This document shows, one piece after another, positions 9,232 to 18,807 of a DNA stretch of 64,000 nucleotides; position 1 is the stretch's first letter, and each line of letters starts with the position of its first letter. The notes under the pieces were generated by a model. It saw nothing but the letters and a program-made list of their open reading frames with translations. It searched no databases and was not told the origin of the DNA. The translations under genes were made by a program, and so were the position numbers. This DNA is from Patescibacteria group bacterium (GTDB lineage: Bacteria; Patescibacteriota; Patescibacteriia; Magasanikbacterales; GWA2-37-8): positions 14,337-78,336 of the forward strand of contig JAKLGL010000002.1 of the NCBI GenBank assembly GCA_022710645.1, given 5' to 3'.

Positions 9232-9424
9232 TCTCCGCATATAAAATCACCGTAAGGTGATTTTTTTATACGGGGAGGAGAAAGCAAAAAGTTTTGCTTT
9301 CGTCGGGATGAGAACGCCGGAGCGATATTTTATGAGCTTGTGAGCGAATAAAATCGCGAGGCGGTGGCTAGCCCGAGGAGTTGAAAAACGACGAGAAACG
9401 AAGCCGAATCCCTGCCTCTCCGCA
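9232..9424. repeat. Right copy of the roughly 195 bp direct repeat; ends in an exact copy of the tRNA-Ser 3' end (CGAATCCCTGCCTCTCCGCA)
   Basis: Alignment to 4271-4466. Confidence 0.85.
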
Positions 9425-9513
9425 TAAAAAACCTGCCTATAAAGGCAGATTTTATATTAATCTAAATAAACATTGAAACAGTCTTTTATTTAAAGTATAC
9501 TTAAAAATGCCTT

Positions 9514-10464
9514 ATGCTTTTAAATTACGAAAAAATCTTATCATTTTGGAATTTGGATTTTTCCGCCGTCAACGAAAATATTTCTTTTTATGGCAGTCCG
9601 GAAAGATCAAACTGGCGCGTCGCAATCACGAGTAAGACCGGTCAAATTTATATTTTGGAAAAAATAAACCCCTCTATTGCTCCACGTAAAGAAGAAATTG
9701 CGCAAAATATTCTTTTTCTCCAACAAAAGAACGCTTCTTTACCTCTTGTTGTTTATTTGAAAAATAAAGATGGCTCTTTTGTCAGTGAGATAGAAAACGA
9801 ATACTGGATTTTATCCCCTTTTATTGTCGGCATACCGCTTGATAGAATTTCCTATCTTGAAGATGGTTGGCGTGGTGAAATAATGGCGGATTTTATTTTA
9901 AATTTCAAAAACACGGCCGATAAAATTTTTATTGAACCAAAAAATATTTTTTCTCTACCCGAATATGTTGAAAAAATTTACGCGGATATGGAAAAATTCA
10001 ATCCGAATGAAAAAAAAGATTTGGAGCCGGTAATAAAACATTTACAAAAAAACTTCTTTCAAATTTACGATCAAATTCCGGTCGCTTTTTGTCATGGCGA
10101 TTATCATCCTATAAATATTATTTGGGGTGAAAATCGAATAAACGGCGTGATAGATTGGGAATTTTGCGGTTTCAAACCGGAAATGTACGACGCTGCCAAC
10201 ATGGTCGGATGTCTCGGGATGGAACATCCGGATACCTTGAATAAAAAAATAGTTTTAAATTTCTTACAAAAATTCAAACAAGCAAAATTTTTTTCTCCTT
10301 TGAGCTGGCAATATTTCATCGATACGATTATTGCGTTGCGTTTCGCTTGGTTGGCGGAATGGCTACGTAAAAAAGATATTGAGATGACAGAACTAGAGAT
10401 AGTCTATATTTTATCGCTTTTGGAAAACAAAGAAACCCTGAAAAAAAATTGGAAACTATTTTAA
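9514..10464 (+). CDS. Phosphotransferase family protein (APH/CotS/homoserine-kinase-type kinase fold)
   Basis: HGDYHPINIIW catalytic-loop-like motif followed by VIDWEFCG (Brenner motif and DxE). Confidence 0.7.
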   Translation: MLLNYEKILSFWNLDFSAVNENISFYGSPERSNWRVAITSKTGQIYILEKINPSIAPRKEEIAQNILFLQQKNASLPLVVYLKNKDGSFVSEIENEYWILSPFIVGIPLDRISYLEDGWRGEIMADFILNFKNTADKIFIEPKNIFSLPEYVEKIYADMEKFNPNEKKDLEPVIKHLQKNFFQIYDQIPVAFCHGDYHPINIIWGENRINGVIDWEFCGFKPEMYDAANMVGCLGMEHPDTLNKKIVLNFLQKFKQAKFFSPLSWQYFIDTIIALRFAWLAEWLRKKDIEMTELEIVYILSLLENKETLKKNWKLF

Positions 10465-10499
10465 AAAATACTCGTATCAAACGAGTATTTTTTAGTTCT

Positions 10500-11618
10500 T
10501 TAATTTATTTTGATTTTATCTCTCAGGTTCATTATCGGTTTTTCAAACAACCTATAAATTAAAAACGATAAACAAATTGTCAAAATCCAAAAAATAAAAA
10601 ATTTCAAATAAGCCAAGCCGTCAGTCGCAGATCCGATCAGGGTGTTCGGACCGAAAATCTGCGGCAATAACCATTGCCTGACTATGGTCAAATTCACCAA
10701 ATACATGGAATATGAAATAACACTGATAAAAGTAACAACTTTCACCAACCAACGATATTTGCAAATTTTCCATTCCGACAAAAAAGGTAAGAAAAGCAAG
10801 ACGGTCAAAGATTCAAAACCGTATTGCCAGACGGCGTTAAAACCAACAGAAGTAAACACGTGCGAATAAACGGATAAAACAACAAGAGAAATCGAGCCTA
10901 CTGTTAAACAAGTCTTTTTGTATTTATTCCACAATTCATTATAAAAAAAATACAGATAGGCTCCGATAACTCCGTACATCAAACCATCCAACCGATAAAC
11001 TACCACTTTACGATAATTGGCATCCCAATCCTCCGCCCCTATTCCCAGACTGAAACTGGCCCATCTCATCAATAAAGGTCCTATCAAAAAAACCAAAGCC
11101 GAATAAAGAACGGCTGTTTTTTTATCTTTGACCAATTTAAAAATAACAAAACATAAAACCGGGAATAACAAATAAAACCATTCTTCCACACACAAACTCC
11201 AGGCCTCGGGAAAAAAGATCGGATGAGGGCTCACCCAGTTTTGCAAGAAAAAAAGATACTGTCCAAATTTTTCCGGAAAACTTTCATTGACTGAATGGTG
11301 CTTTATTGCCAGAAAGAAAAGCACGAGAAAATAATTCGGCAAAGTGCGAAACCATCTCCTGATCCAAAAATTAAATAAATTTTTAAAATTCCATTCCTGA
11401 CGAACTATCAATTTCAAAAGAATACCGCCAATAAGGAAACCGCTCAAAACAAAAAAAATAGAAACACCATCAACCCCCGGCCAATTGGAAGAAAAAAACG
11501 TAAAAACTTTTCGCGGTAAAAGTATGATACCGTGGCTCAACACCACCAAAATTATCGCCACGGCGCGCATAATATCCAAACCAAAAACTCTTTGATTTTT
11601 TTCTTGATTATTTTCCAT
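10500..11618 (-). CDS. Acyltransferase family 3 (OafA-like) polytopic membrane protein
   Basis: VFGLDIMRAVAIILVVLSHG start of the acyltransferase_3 signature; about 10 TM segments. Start taken at MENNQEK. Confidence 0.8.
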   Translation of the reverse strand: MENNQEKNQRVFGLDIMRAVAIILVVLSHGIILLPRKVFTFFSSNWPGVDGVSIFFVLSGFLIGGILLKLIVRQEWNFKNLFNFWIRRWFRTLPNYFLVLFFLAIKHHSVNESFPEKFGQYLFFLQNWVSPHPIFFPEAWSLCVEEWFYLLFPVLCFVIFKLVKDKKTAVLYSALVFLIGPLLMRWASFSLGIGAEDWDANYRKVVVYRLDGLMYGVIGAYLYFFYNELWNKYKKTCLTVGSISLVVLSVYSHVFTSVGFNAVWQYGFESLTVLLFLPFLSEWKICKYRWLVKVVTFISVISYSMYLVNLTIVRQWLLPQIFGPNTLIGSATDGLAYLKFFIFWILTICLSFLIYRLFEKPIMNLRDKIKIN

Positions 11619-11716
11619 AAAAAATGACGAGTTTAGTATACCACAATATTTCCAATTTCCGCCAAAAAATTTGATTGTCAAATACATATTTCCCTATACT
11701 AAGCCAAATAAAACCA

Positions 11717-11745
11717 TTGACAAAATCAAGAAAATGTGCTATACT
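11717..11745 (+). promoter_or_regulatory. Consensus sigma70 promoter: TTGACA, 17 nt spacer, TATACT, with a TGc extended -10
   Basis: Hexamers at 11717-11722 and 11740-11745. A GGAG RBS and an ATG at 11795 lie downstream. Confidence 0.55.
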
Positions 11746-11794
11746 ACTCTGTTGTTTTAGTACCTTAAAATCTTTGGAAAATAGGAGAAAAACC

Positions 11795-12187
11795 ATGAAC
11801 AAAAAAGTCATCGTTGCTTTTGGCCTCTTTATCACCGTATTACTGCTTACCTACATCATCGGGGGATTTTACTGCGGCCACAAAACCGTTTACCGCGATC
11901 ACAACCTGATGGTGGCAAAAAACCAGCTTGAGAACATCAACTGGAAAAACTACTGTGAATTGAGAGAAAAAGACATCAAAGGAATAACCTCTTACAGTTT
12001 CGACTGTGGAGGTAAATTCGATGTCGAATCGGAAAAGTTCAAAACGGCGGTTGAAGACTTTGCCGCCAGAACTCACGGAATAGTTATTCTGAAACTCTAT
12101 ACCAGGTTATCCAACCAGGTATGGAACGAGGCCAGGATGGAGCCTATTTCCATCTGGGCGTTTGACGCCCTATGGCTGTTTCAGTAA
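11795..12187 (+). CDS. Hypothetical membrane-anchored protein, about 130 aa, start MNKKVIVAFGLF
   Basis: GGAG RBS 8 nt upstream of the ATG; N-terminal TM segment; terminator downstream. Confidence 0.55.
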   Translation: MNKKVIVAFGLFITVLLLTYIIGGFYCGHKTVYRDHNLMVAKNQLENINWKNYCELREKDIKGITSYSFDCGGKFDVESEKFKTAVEDFAARTHGIVILKLYTRLSNQVWNEARMEPISIWAFDALWLFQ

Positions 12188-12206
12188 CCTTTTCTCCATT
12201 CTTTAT

Positions 12207-12240
12207 AAGCCGCGCGTTTTGTCGCGGCTTTTTTTATTTT
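12207..12240 (+). terminator. Rho-independent terminator (GCCGCGCGTTTTGTCGCGGC plus T-run)
   Basis: GC-rich stem followed by 7 Ts. Confidence 0.6.
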
Positions 12241-12243
12241 TAA

Positions 12244-12274
12244 TTACAAAAAACCGGCAAGCACTGCTTGCCGG
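12244..12274 (-). terminator. Rho-independent terminator for the minus-strand gene (CCGGCAAGCACTGCTTGCCGG)
   Basis: Stem plus a T-run on the minus strand. Confidence 0.55.
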
Positions 12275-12293
12275 ATGAAGACAAAAAAAAGTC

Positions 12294-12731
12294 TCAAAAC
12301 TCAAAGGTTTTAGCTTCTCCGTTTTTGATAAGTTCTTCTTTTATCTTATCAATCATGGAGAAATCCAAAACTTTCAAAGTCTTGGTTTTTTCTTTTTTAA
12401 CCCCTACATAGGGATAGAAAATGATACTCGGCTTGAGAAATTCTTTAATCAGAATTCCCCAAATCCATTTGAGAAGCTTTTCTGTAAATTCAGCAGCCTC
12501 TACCTCTGTTTCAAAAGCGGCCAGATAAGAAAACAAAGTTTCATACTTACCAGTAGGTCCATAGGAAATGATTAATGAGAATCTCGAACTATCCCCTCTG
12601 CAGATACGAAACTCCAGGTTTTTAGGGGATGTAAAGATTGCGATCATCTGAACCAGGGAAATATCCCAGGATCTTTTCGGAGATTTTTTCATTTTTTCCT
12701 CCCAAAATGAAATGGTAAAAAGAACTAACAC
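12294..12731 (-). CDS. Hypothetical protein (start probably the internal MKKSPKRS)
   Basis: ORF only. Confidence 0.45.
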   Translation of the reverse strand: MLVLFTISFWEEKMKKSPKRSWDISLVQMIAIFTSPKNLEFRICRGDSSRFSLIISYGPTGKYETLFSYLAAFETEVEAAEFTEKLLKWIWGILIKEFLKPSIIFYPYVGVKKEKTKTLKVLDFSMIDKIKEELIKNGEAKTFEF

Positions 12732-12818
12732 GGGATTATAGCATACTTTTTTATTTTTGACAAGGGTGTTGAAAGATAACCTATTTTCGGTTATACTGGA
12801 AATACAAAAAAGAAAAAT

Positions 12819-14420
12819 ATGACTAAATTTATCAAAATTTTTCTCTTGATTTATAATATAATTTTTATCTTATTTTTTGTTTCCAACATCTTTGATTTTG
12901 ATTTTGGTTGGCATTTGCGATTCGGTAAAGAATGGTTGGAAAACGGATTTTTTCCTTATACTGACGGTTATACTTACCCTCATTTGGGTCAAATTTGGGT
13001 TAATCACGAATGGGGCGGAGACCTGCTGTATTGGATAATTTATAAAAACATCGGTTATTATCCGTTGGTTTTGGTAATTCCTCTTTTGGTTTTAGCCGCT
13101 TTTTGGATAGCTCAAAAAACTTACGGCAAATACGGTTTGGAAGCGACACTGGTAACGACTTTTCTGGTTTGGGCGGATTATCATATTTTTGCTCCTCGCT
13201 TAGCGATGTTTTCTCTGATTTTTTTCGCTATTTTTCTTTATACTTTGCAAAACATAGAAAAAACCAAACTTTATCGCTTTTGGCCGCTTCTTTTTTGGTT
13301 GTGGTCTTTTTTGCACGGAAGTTTCACGCTCGGTTTCATAGTTATCGGAATTTATTTCACCGGAAATTTATTAAATTGTTTCTTCCAAAAATATTATCCA
13401 AGATTGGTATTGGGACAATCTTGGAAAAAAGAAACTTTTTATAAAGTTTCGCTTTGGGGGTTGATTTCTTTGGTAGCTATTTTCATAAACCCTTACGGTT
13501 GGCTTTTGCCGAAAGAAACCGTTTCTTATTTTTTCTATGATTTTTACAAAACTCACGTGACTGAGTGGTTGGCGAGTAATACTTTTCCTATTTTTTGGAA
13601 GACCGGCTTGTTCATCGCGCCGGCTTTGGTGGCTGTGTTTTGGCAAGTGAAGAAAAAAGTTTTTTCCTGGGCGGAATTATTGCTTTTTTTGGGACTGCTT
13701 TACATATCTTTCAAATATAAACGTCAAGTGATTTATCTGGCTTTATTTTGTCAGCCACTTTTCAGTTCTTTTTTGGCGCAAATCAAAGAATCTTTCTTGG
13801 CAATTCCGAAATGGAAACTATTTTTGGAAAATAAAAACACAAAAATCACCGCTTTTGTCATCGGAATATTTCTAATACTTTATTCCTGTCAGCTCTATTT
13901 CCCTTATATCAAAATATACAAAGATGTCTGGCCCCATATAAAAGAAATCGGCCAATATATGCCCGTGGATGCCGTAGAATTTCTAAATCGGGAAATAAAT
14001 TCCGAATATAAAGTCAAAATCTTTAACGAATTCGGCTGGGGAGCCTATATGAATTGGACATTGCCGCAAGGTTTGGTTTTTCTAGACGGGAGAGGAACCG
14101 CCACTTGGAAAATACCAGGTTCAGATATCACAACTTTGGAGACTTACTATAACTGGCGTTATTATCAAAACAACGGTTTGAAAGAAATTGAAAAACAAAA
14201 CATCCAATATGTGATTTTGGAAAATATGAACTCCTTCACTCCACGAGTCAATCGCGTCAACAAATGGCTTTTCACTTCCGCAGCTTTGAAACACGCCACG
14301 ACTTTGGCCGATGACAAATTGGAAAAAGATTTGAAGATAAGCGAAGATTGGAAATTGATTTATACCGACGATCGCGCCAATATTTGGAAATATCAACCTA
14401 TTCAGCCCGAAACAAAGTAA
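12819..14420 (+). CDS. Large polytopic membrane protein, possibly a GT-C-type glycosyltransferase (ArnT/PMT-like)
   Basis: 533 aa, more than 12 predicted TM helices, a large C-terminal extracytoplasmic domain. The family assignment is weak. Confidence 0.6.
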   Translation: MTKFIKIFLLIYNIIFILFFVSNIFDFDFGWHLRFGKEWLENGFFPYTDGYTYPHLGQIWVNHEWGGDLLYWIIYKNIGYYPLVLVIPLLVLAAFWIAQKTYGKYGLEATLVTTFLVWADYHIFAPRLAMFSLIFFAIFLYTLQNIEKTKLYRFWPLLFWLWSFLHGSFTLGFIVIGIYFTGNLLNCFFQKYYPRLVLGQSWKKETFYKVSLWGLISLVAIFINPYGWLLPKETVSYFFYDFYKTHVTEWLASNTFPIFWKTGLFIAPALVAVFWQVKKKVFSWAELLLFLGLLYISFKYKRQVIYLALFCQPLFSSFLAQIKESFLAIPKWKLFLENKNTKITAFVIGIFLILYSCQLYFPYIKIYKDVWPHIKEIGQYMPVDAVEFLNREINSEYKVKIFNEFGWGAYMNWTLPQGLVFLDGRGTATWKIPGSDITTLETYYNWRYYQNNGLKEIEKQNIQYVILENMNSFTPRVNRVNKWLFTSAALKHATTLADDKLEKDLKISEDWKLIYTDDRANIWKYQPIQPETK

Positions 14421-15135
14421 GCGCCCACACTTCTATCGCACCGGCTTCCTTGCAAACTCTGGCCGCTTCTTGCAAAGTGGCACCGGTAGTAAAAACATCA
14501 TCAATCAAGACCACTCGTTTTTGCGGGAGGTTTTTTATTTTGAAAGCGTTTTTTATATTCTCCATTCTCTCCTCTCTTTTCAACTTGGCTTGTTGTTTGG
14601 TTTTTTTAACCCTTTCCAATAAATCCGTAACAACAAAATCTCGTTCGGGATAATATTCCCGGGCTTTAGCCAAAAATATTTCCGTCAATTCTTTCGCCTG
14701 ATTAAAACCGCGCCAGCGTTCGCGAACGGAAAATAAAGGAATAAAAGAAAAAGTCGTATTTTCCTCAAGCCAAAAATCATTTCGCCTAAAAACTTTATTT
14801 TTAGAAATCATTTCATACCACAAATTTTCCAAATCTTTCATAAAACCATATTTATAATCATGCAGTAGATCGGAAAGCGGAGAAGGTTCATAAAAAGGAA
14901 AGAACGAAATTACTCCATCAAGAAAAGACTCTTTTTGGCAACAACTACAAACAGAACCTTTTTTATTTTCTATTTTACAAATCGGACAACGCCAAATCCC
15001 TTCATTATCCAAAAAATGACGATGCTCAAGGCACCACCATTGCCCTTCCGCCCCGCAATCCACACATTTTTTGGGAAACAAAAAATCTTTTACCATTGGT
15101 AATTTTTCCAAAATAAATTTTATCATATTAAACAA
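14398..15135 (-). CDS. comF: ComF-family protein (phosphoribosyltransferase-type competence protein with an N-terminal Zn finger)
   Basis: CxxC pairs at the N-terminus; PRTase motif VVLIDDVFTTGATL. Confidence 0.8.
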   Translation of the reverse strand: MFNMIKFILEKLPMVKDFLFPKKCVDCGAEGQWWCLEHRHFLDNEGIWRCPICKIENKKGSVCSCCQKESFLDGVISFFPFYEPSPLSDLLHDYKYGFMKDLENLWYEMISKNKVFRRNDFWLEENTTFSFIPLFSVRERWRGFNQAKELTEIFLAKAREYYPERDFVVTDLLERVKKTKQQAKLKREERMENIKNAFKIKNLPQKRVVLIDDVFTTGATLQEAARVCKEAGAIEVWALTLFRAE

Positions 15136-15179
15136 AAATCCGTCCCGATTTTATATCGAGGCGGATTTTTTAAAAAATA

Positions 15180-15782
15180 TTATTTCCATTTTACATTATC
15201 CACCAACCAGCCTTCGCCGTTTCTAACCAAAGAAATCTCAGCTTCTTGATTGTAATTTTTTACAACTCCGCCATTATTTTCCTCGCGAGAAGTAATGGCG
15301 CGAATAGTCGCTTTTTCCGCCGTAATTTCTGTCACAGTAACACTGAAAGCCTCGGTTGTAACTCCGATAAACTCCTTGCCGGTATTCATACCTTCTATTC
15401 TTTTTGCAAAAACATTCCAAAGATCTTTCGTACTCAAAGACTCTAACTCTTTCAAATTTTGTCCGGGGTTATCCGTAGAATAAGATCCGTATCTTTCAAT
15501 AAAAATTTTAGCGATACTTTGCGCAGCCGATTTGATTTTTTCTTCTTCACTTAAAGGAGATACGGCAGGATTGATTCCTATTGCCGTCGGTACCGTACCA
15601 TTGGCAACAATGGCGGTATCGGTTTGACCGCCGACAGTTTGTTCTTGGTTATTCTGTGTATTCTCCCCGCTATCTGTATTTCTTTGTTTGGAAAAAACTA
15701 TCAAACCGACACTTATCGCCAAAATCAACAGAACCACTATGCTAATGATAATAAAAATTCTCGCTCTTAAAGTCAAATTCAT
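15180..15782 (-). CDS. Hypothetical TM-anchored secreted protein, candidate VirB8-like component
   Basis: N-terminal TM, roughly 170 aa extracytoplasmic domain, adjacent to VirB4. The VirB8 call is speculative. Confidence 0.5.
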   Translation of the reverse strand: MNLTLRARIFIIISIVVLLILAISVGLIVFSKQRNTDSGENTQNNQEQTVGGQTDTAIVANGTVPTAIGINPAVSPLSEEEKIKSAAQSIAKIFIERYGSYSTDNPGQNLKELESLSTKDLWNVFAKRIEGMNTGKEFIGVTTEAFSVTVTEITAEKATIRAITSREENNGGVVKNYNQEAEISLVRNGEGWLVDNVKWK

Positions 15783-15786
15783 ATTT

Positions 15787-17667
15787 TTATTCTTTATTTA
15801 ATAATTGTTCTTCAAATTCCTTTTTGGCTTTTTCAATGGCTAGTAATTGTTCCGGATTGGTGGTAACTATCTGATCTTCGAAATTAGAAGCCAAAACTTG
15901 AATACCGGCATGTTTACTCCCAGCAAAGAAAATACCTTGACCGACGGAAGAATTTAATAAAAACATCCTCTCACTATCGGTTAAAGCAAAAGACTTTTGC
16001 ACTAAATCTATGGCTGTCGGAGACTGTTTGAGCAATAATTGCAAAGCGGAATTGGTAACAATCGGCTGTCCGTATTGAGAACGTAAAAAGTCGTTAACAT
16101 CTTGAGTAATAGTGGTTATACCGAGATAATATTTACGACAACGTTTCACTAAAGCGAAGATAAAACTCGCGCTATCCTCTTGTTGCATCAACCACCAGGC
16201 TTCGTCTATCACCAAAATCCTTTTCTTGCGTTCCGAGCGAACTATATTCCAAATAAAATTAACAATAGTATAAATGGCCATTGGACGAAGTTCGGCTTCC
16301 AAATCACGAACACCAAAAACCATCAATTGATTATTCAAATCAACATTGGTCGGAGAGTTGAAAAGCCCGCTAAATGTGCCTTCGGTAAATTTATTTAATT
16401 TCAAAACCAGCTCTTCGGAATTGGTCATCCCCTCCAAAACTTCCTGTAAATCTTGCATGATAGGAGCTTGTACAGTATTCAAATCCGCATCTCGAGTAAT
16501 ATCTTTTTTGGCGTAAGTTTCCAAAAGAGCTTTATCAATAACGGAATCTTGTTGAGTGGTTAAACCGCCAAGCATAATTTTCAATAAACCTTTCACGGTA
16601 ATAATGGCGCTACGTATAACATCTTCAGTGCTCATTTCCAAATTTCCCGTTTGTTTTGGTAGATCAAACGGATTAATTTTCGCTTCCGAAGACAAAGAAA
16701 TATTCACGTAAGTTCCGCCGACAGCGTCACACAGATGTTTGTATTCCATTTCCGGATCTATAACTATAATATCTACCCCCATCATGAGCGAGCGTAATAT
16801 TTCCAATTTTATCGCATAACTTTTACCCGCGCCCGAACTGGCAAAAACCACCATATTGGCGTTTTGCAAAGAAAATCTGTCAAAAACTATCAAGCTGTTA
16901 TTGTGTAAATTGATACCGTAAAAAATCCCATTGTCGGAAGTAAGTTCGGCGGAAACAAACGGAAAAGATGCGGCTATAGGCGAAGAATTCAAGTTAAAAG
17001 GAATATACAACTCATCGTTACAAATCGGTAAAGTGGAATTAAAACCTTGCTCAGCTTGATAAAAAACCTTATGAGTGATGATGAGTTTTGAACCAAAAAT
17101 ACCTTCCACATCTTCTGAAAGTTGATCTAATTCTTTTTTATCTTTGGCATAGAGAGTAACATAAAAACAAAATTGAAAAAAATGTTCGGTACCTTGCGTC
17201 AGATTGTCGCGTAATTGTTCAATATCCCTCAAAGCGGTCTCGCGTAATGGGTCGCGCGGAGCGCCTTTTTCTCTATCAGCGCTCAATTGAGCTTCCAAAG
17301 CTCCAACTTTATTTTTCAACTGTTTCAAAATAACCGCTGATTTAACCGGATAAAAAAACATACCGATATCCATGGTTGAAGCCAGATTAATAACCGGCGA
17401 ACTCCAACCGATACTGATATAACGAGGATAAGCGGAAATAAAAATCGTTCGGCAATAAATGTCTCCCAATTGCAAAAAACTACTTTCAACTCTGAAAGCT
17501 GCCGGAGATATCAAATCACGAATGGAAACTTCGCTTTCCCGATAAACTCTTTCTTCCTGCAAAGTCAACAATTCCTCCTCTACTTTTTTCTTGAGTTGAC
17601 CCTGCTCTCTTTCGTAAATGGTAGTTTGATTTTTTTCTATTTTTCCGCTTATTGGTTTGAAAGCCAT
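15787..17667 (-). CDS. virB4: VirB4/TraE-family type IV secretion ATPase (Gram-positive PrgJ/TcpF-like)
   Basis: Walker A SSGAGKS, Walker B ILVIDEAWW, N-terminal LQLGDIYCRTIFISAYPRYISIGW motif typical of VirB4/TraE. Confidence 0.85.
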   Translation of the reverse strand: MAFKPISGKIEKNQTTIYEREQGQLKKKVEEELLTLQEERVYRESEVSIRDLISPAAFRVESSFLQLGDIYCRTIFISAYPRYISIGWSSPVINLASTMDIGMFFYPVKSAVILKQLKNKVGALEAQLSADREKGAPRDPLRETALRDIEQLRDNLTQGTEHFFQFCFYVTLYAKDKKELDQLSEDVEGIFGSKLIITHKVFYQAEQGFNSTLPICNDELYIPFNLNSSPIAASFPFVSAELTSDNGIFYGINLHNNSLIVFDRFSLQNANMVVFASSGAGKSYAIKLEILRSLMMGVDIIVIDPEMEYKHLCDAVGGTYVNISLSSEAKINPFDLPKQTGNLEMSTEDVIRSAIITVKGLLKIMLGGLTTQQDSVIDKALLETYAKKDITRDADLNTVQAPIMQDLQEVLEGMTNSEELVLKLNKFTEGTFSGLFNSPTNVDLNNQLMVFGVRDLEAELRPMAIYTIVNFIWNIVRSERKKRILVIDEAWWLMQQEDSASFIFALVKRCRKYYLGITTITQDVNDFLRSQYGQPIVTNSALQLLLKQSPTAIDLVQKSFALTDSERMFLLNSSVGQGIFFAGSKHAGIQVLASNFEDQIVTTNPEQLLAIEKAKKEFEEQLLNKE

Positions 17668-17676
17668 ATTTTTTGA

Positions 17677-18360
17677 TTAAGATTCAACCCTCATATAATC
17701 CACTGGCGCCAAAGGCTGATTTTGCGCAATATCCGGATTATAAGTAGAATAATATAATTCAATCAATGCTTGAGTATCCAAGCGTATAACATCAAGATTC
17801 ATCCCGGACAAACCGGCTTCTATCAATCTAACTCTGGCATCCAATTCTCCTTTTCTTTTTTTGAAAGTTTCTTCTTTCAAACGAATCAAATTTATCGGAT
17901 TCAAAGCATCGCCCAAACGAGACCAAAAACTTTTTTTCTTGTTAGTCATAGGATCGTAAGGCACCACAACATAAAATTGTTTTGAAGTGATATTACGCAA
18001 AGTCACCGTCTCATTGATAAAAGATATATAATCGGATATCTGGGCTTTCAGCAATTCGTTTTCTATCTGCTCCCGACGAGCTTGCAATGTCTCCATATAG
18101 GGCCTGATATTGAGTTGTCGAGATTGAATACAAATCTGCAAAGGGTGATCCAGAGAATTCAAAAACGAAACATAGGAAGAAATTATAGCCTGCTGTTCTT
18201 CTTCGTTGAGCAAACCGAAATTAACGCTACTAACCATCAATACCGCTCTTAAAGTACCGTCTTTCATCACCACAGTGTCATTCTTGACTTCCGAAATCGG
18301 CACATGAGCCTGAGAATTCGGTATACTTTTTTTCTTTTTTATCGATTGTTCGTTTTTCAT
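17677..18360 (-). CDS. Hypothetical T4SS-associated protein (227 aa)
   Basis: ORF between the PrgI-like and VirB4 genes with tight spacing. Confidence 0.55.
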   Translation of the reverse strand: MKNEQSIKKKKSIPNSQAHVPISEVKNDTVVMKDGTLRAVLMVSSVNFGLLNEEEQQAIISSYVSFLNSLDHPLQICIQSRQLNIRPYMETLQARREQIENELLKAQISDYISFINETVTLRNITSKQFYVVVPYDPMTNKKKSFWSRLGDALNPINLIRLKEETFKKRKGELDARVRLIEAGLSGMNLDVIRLDTQALIELYYSTYNPDIAQNQPLAPVDYMRVES

Positions 18361-18365
18361 AATTT

Positions 18366-18803
18366 TTAAATATTTTTTTCCTCCGGACCGTAATAACCTC
18401 CGGTATTAACTGCCAAAGATAGTTGCCTGATTCTGCTTCGGCTTATTTGAGGCGCGATTTGTTTTTTGGCCATAACCGGCAATTTGTGCAACTCTTGAAT
18501 AGATTTCAATTCCGCATCAGTATAACGTCTATCCCAAATACGTAAACTCGGCCGACGTAAAGTTTGAAAAATATTCAACAAAAAATAATGAAATGGCTGC
18601 CCGTTTATTTTCACAAATGCCAAAATTAAAGCCGAACCGCCAATAAGACAAAGTAAAAAAATAAACAAAGCCGTATCGGCCAATTTGTAAGCCACAAAAA
18701 TAACCAGAGAAGCGGTCAATAAAATCACAAACTGTCTGGTGGTAACCGGACCGATAATTTTATCTTCTACATCTATAAATTGCGGCACGACAAATTGATC
18801 CAT
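18366..18803 (-). CDS. PrgI/VirB3-like small membrane protein
   Basis: N-terminal VPQFIDVEDKIIGPVTTRQF followed by two TM helices, a pattern typical of PrgI-family proteins adjacent to VirB4. Confidence 0.6.
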   Translation of the reverse strand: MDQFVVPQFIDVEDKIIGPVTTRQFVILLTASLVIFVAYKLADTALFIFLLCLIGGSALILAFVKINGQPFHYFLLNIFQTLRRPSLRIWDRRYTDAELKSIQELHKLPVMAKKQIAPQISRSRIRQLSLAVNTGGYYGPEEKNI

Positions 18804-18807
18804 ATTT

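Larger units (their letters stand above)
4271..9424. mobile_element. tRNA-Ser-associated genomic island (about 4.8 kb internal) bounded by about 195 bp direct repeats. No integrase is present, so it is likely immobilised or mobilised in trans.
   Basis: Direct repeats at 4271-4466 and 9232-9424. The right repeat ends with an exact tRNA-Ser 3'-end copy followed by a separate terminator hairpin (AAAAAACCTGCCTATAAAGGCAGATTTT), consistent with a displaced native tRNA trailer. Cargo is an R-M system, a LexA-like repressor and two unknown genes. Confidence 0.6.

Noticed and set aside
9063-9287. 74-aa minus-strand ORF at the right edge of the island, considered as an integrase remnant
   Set aside because: Its N-terminal third is encoded by the repeat/terminator hairpin; no tyrosine- or serine-recombinase motifs (R..HxxR..Y or the Ser catalytic pocket) were seen. 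It is at most a decayed fragment.
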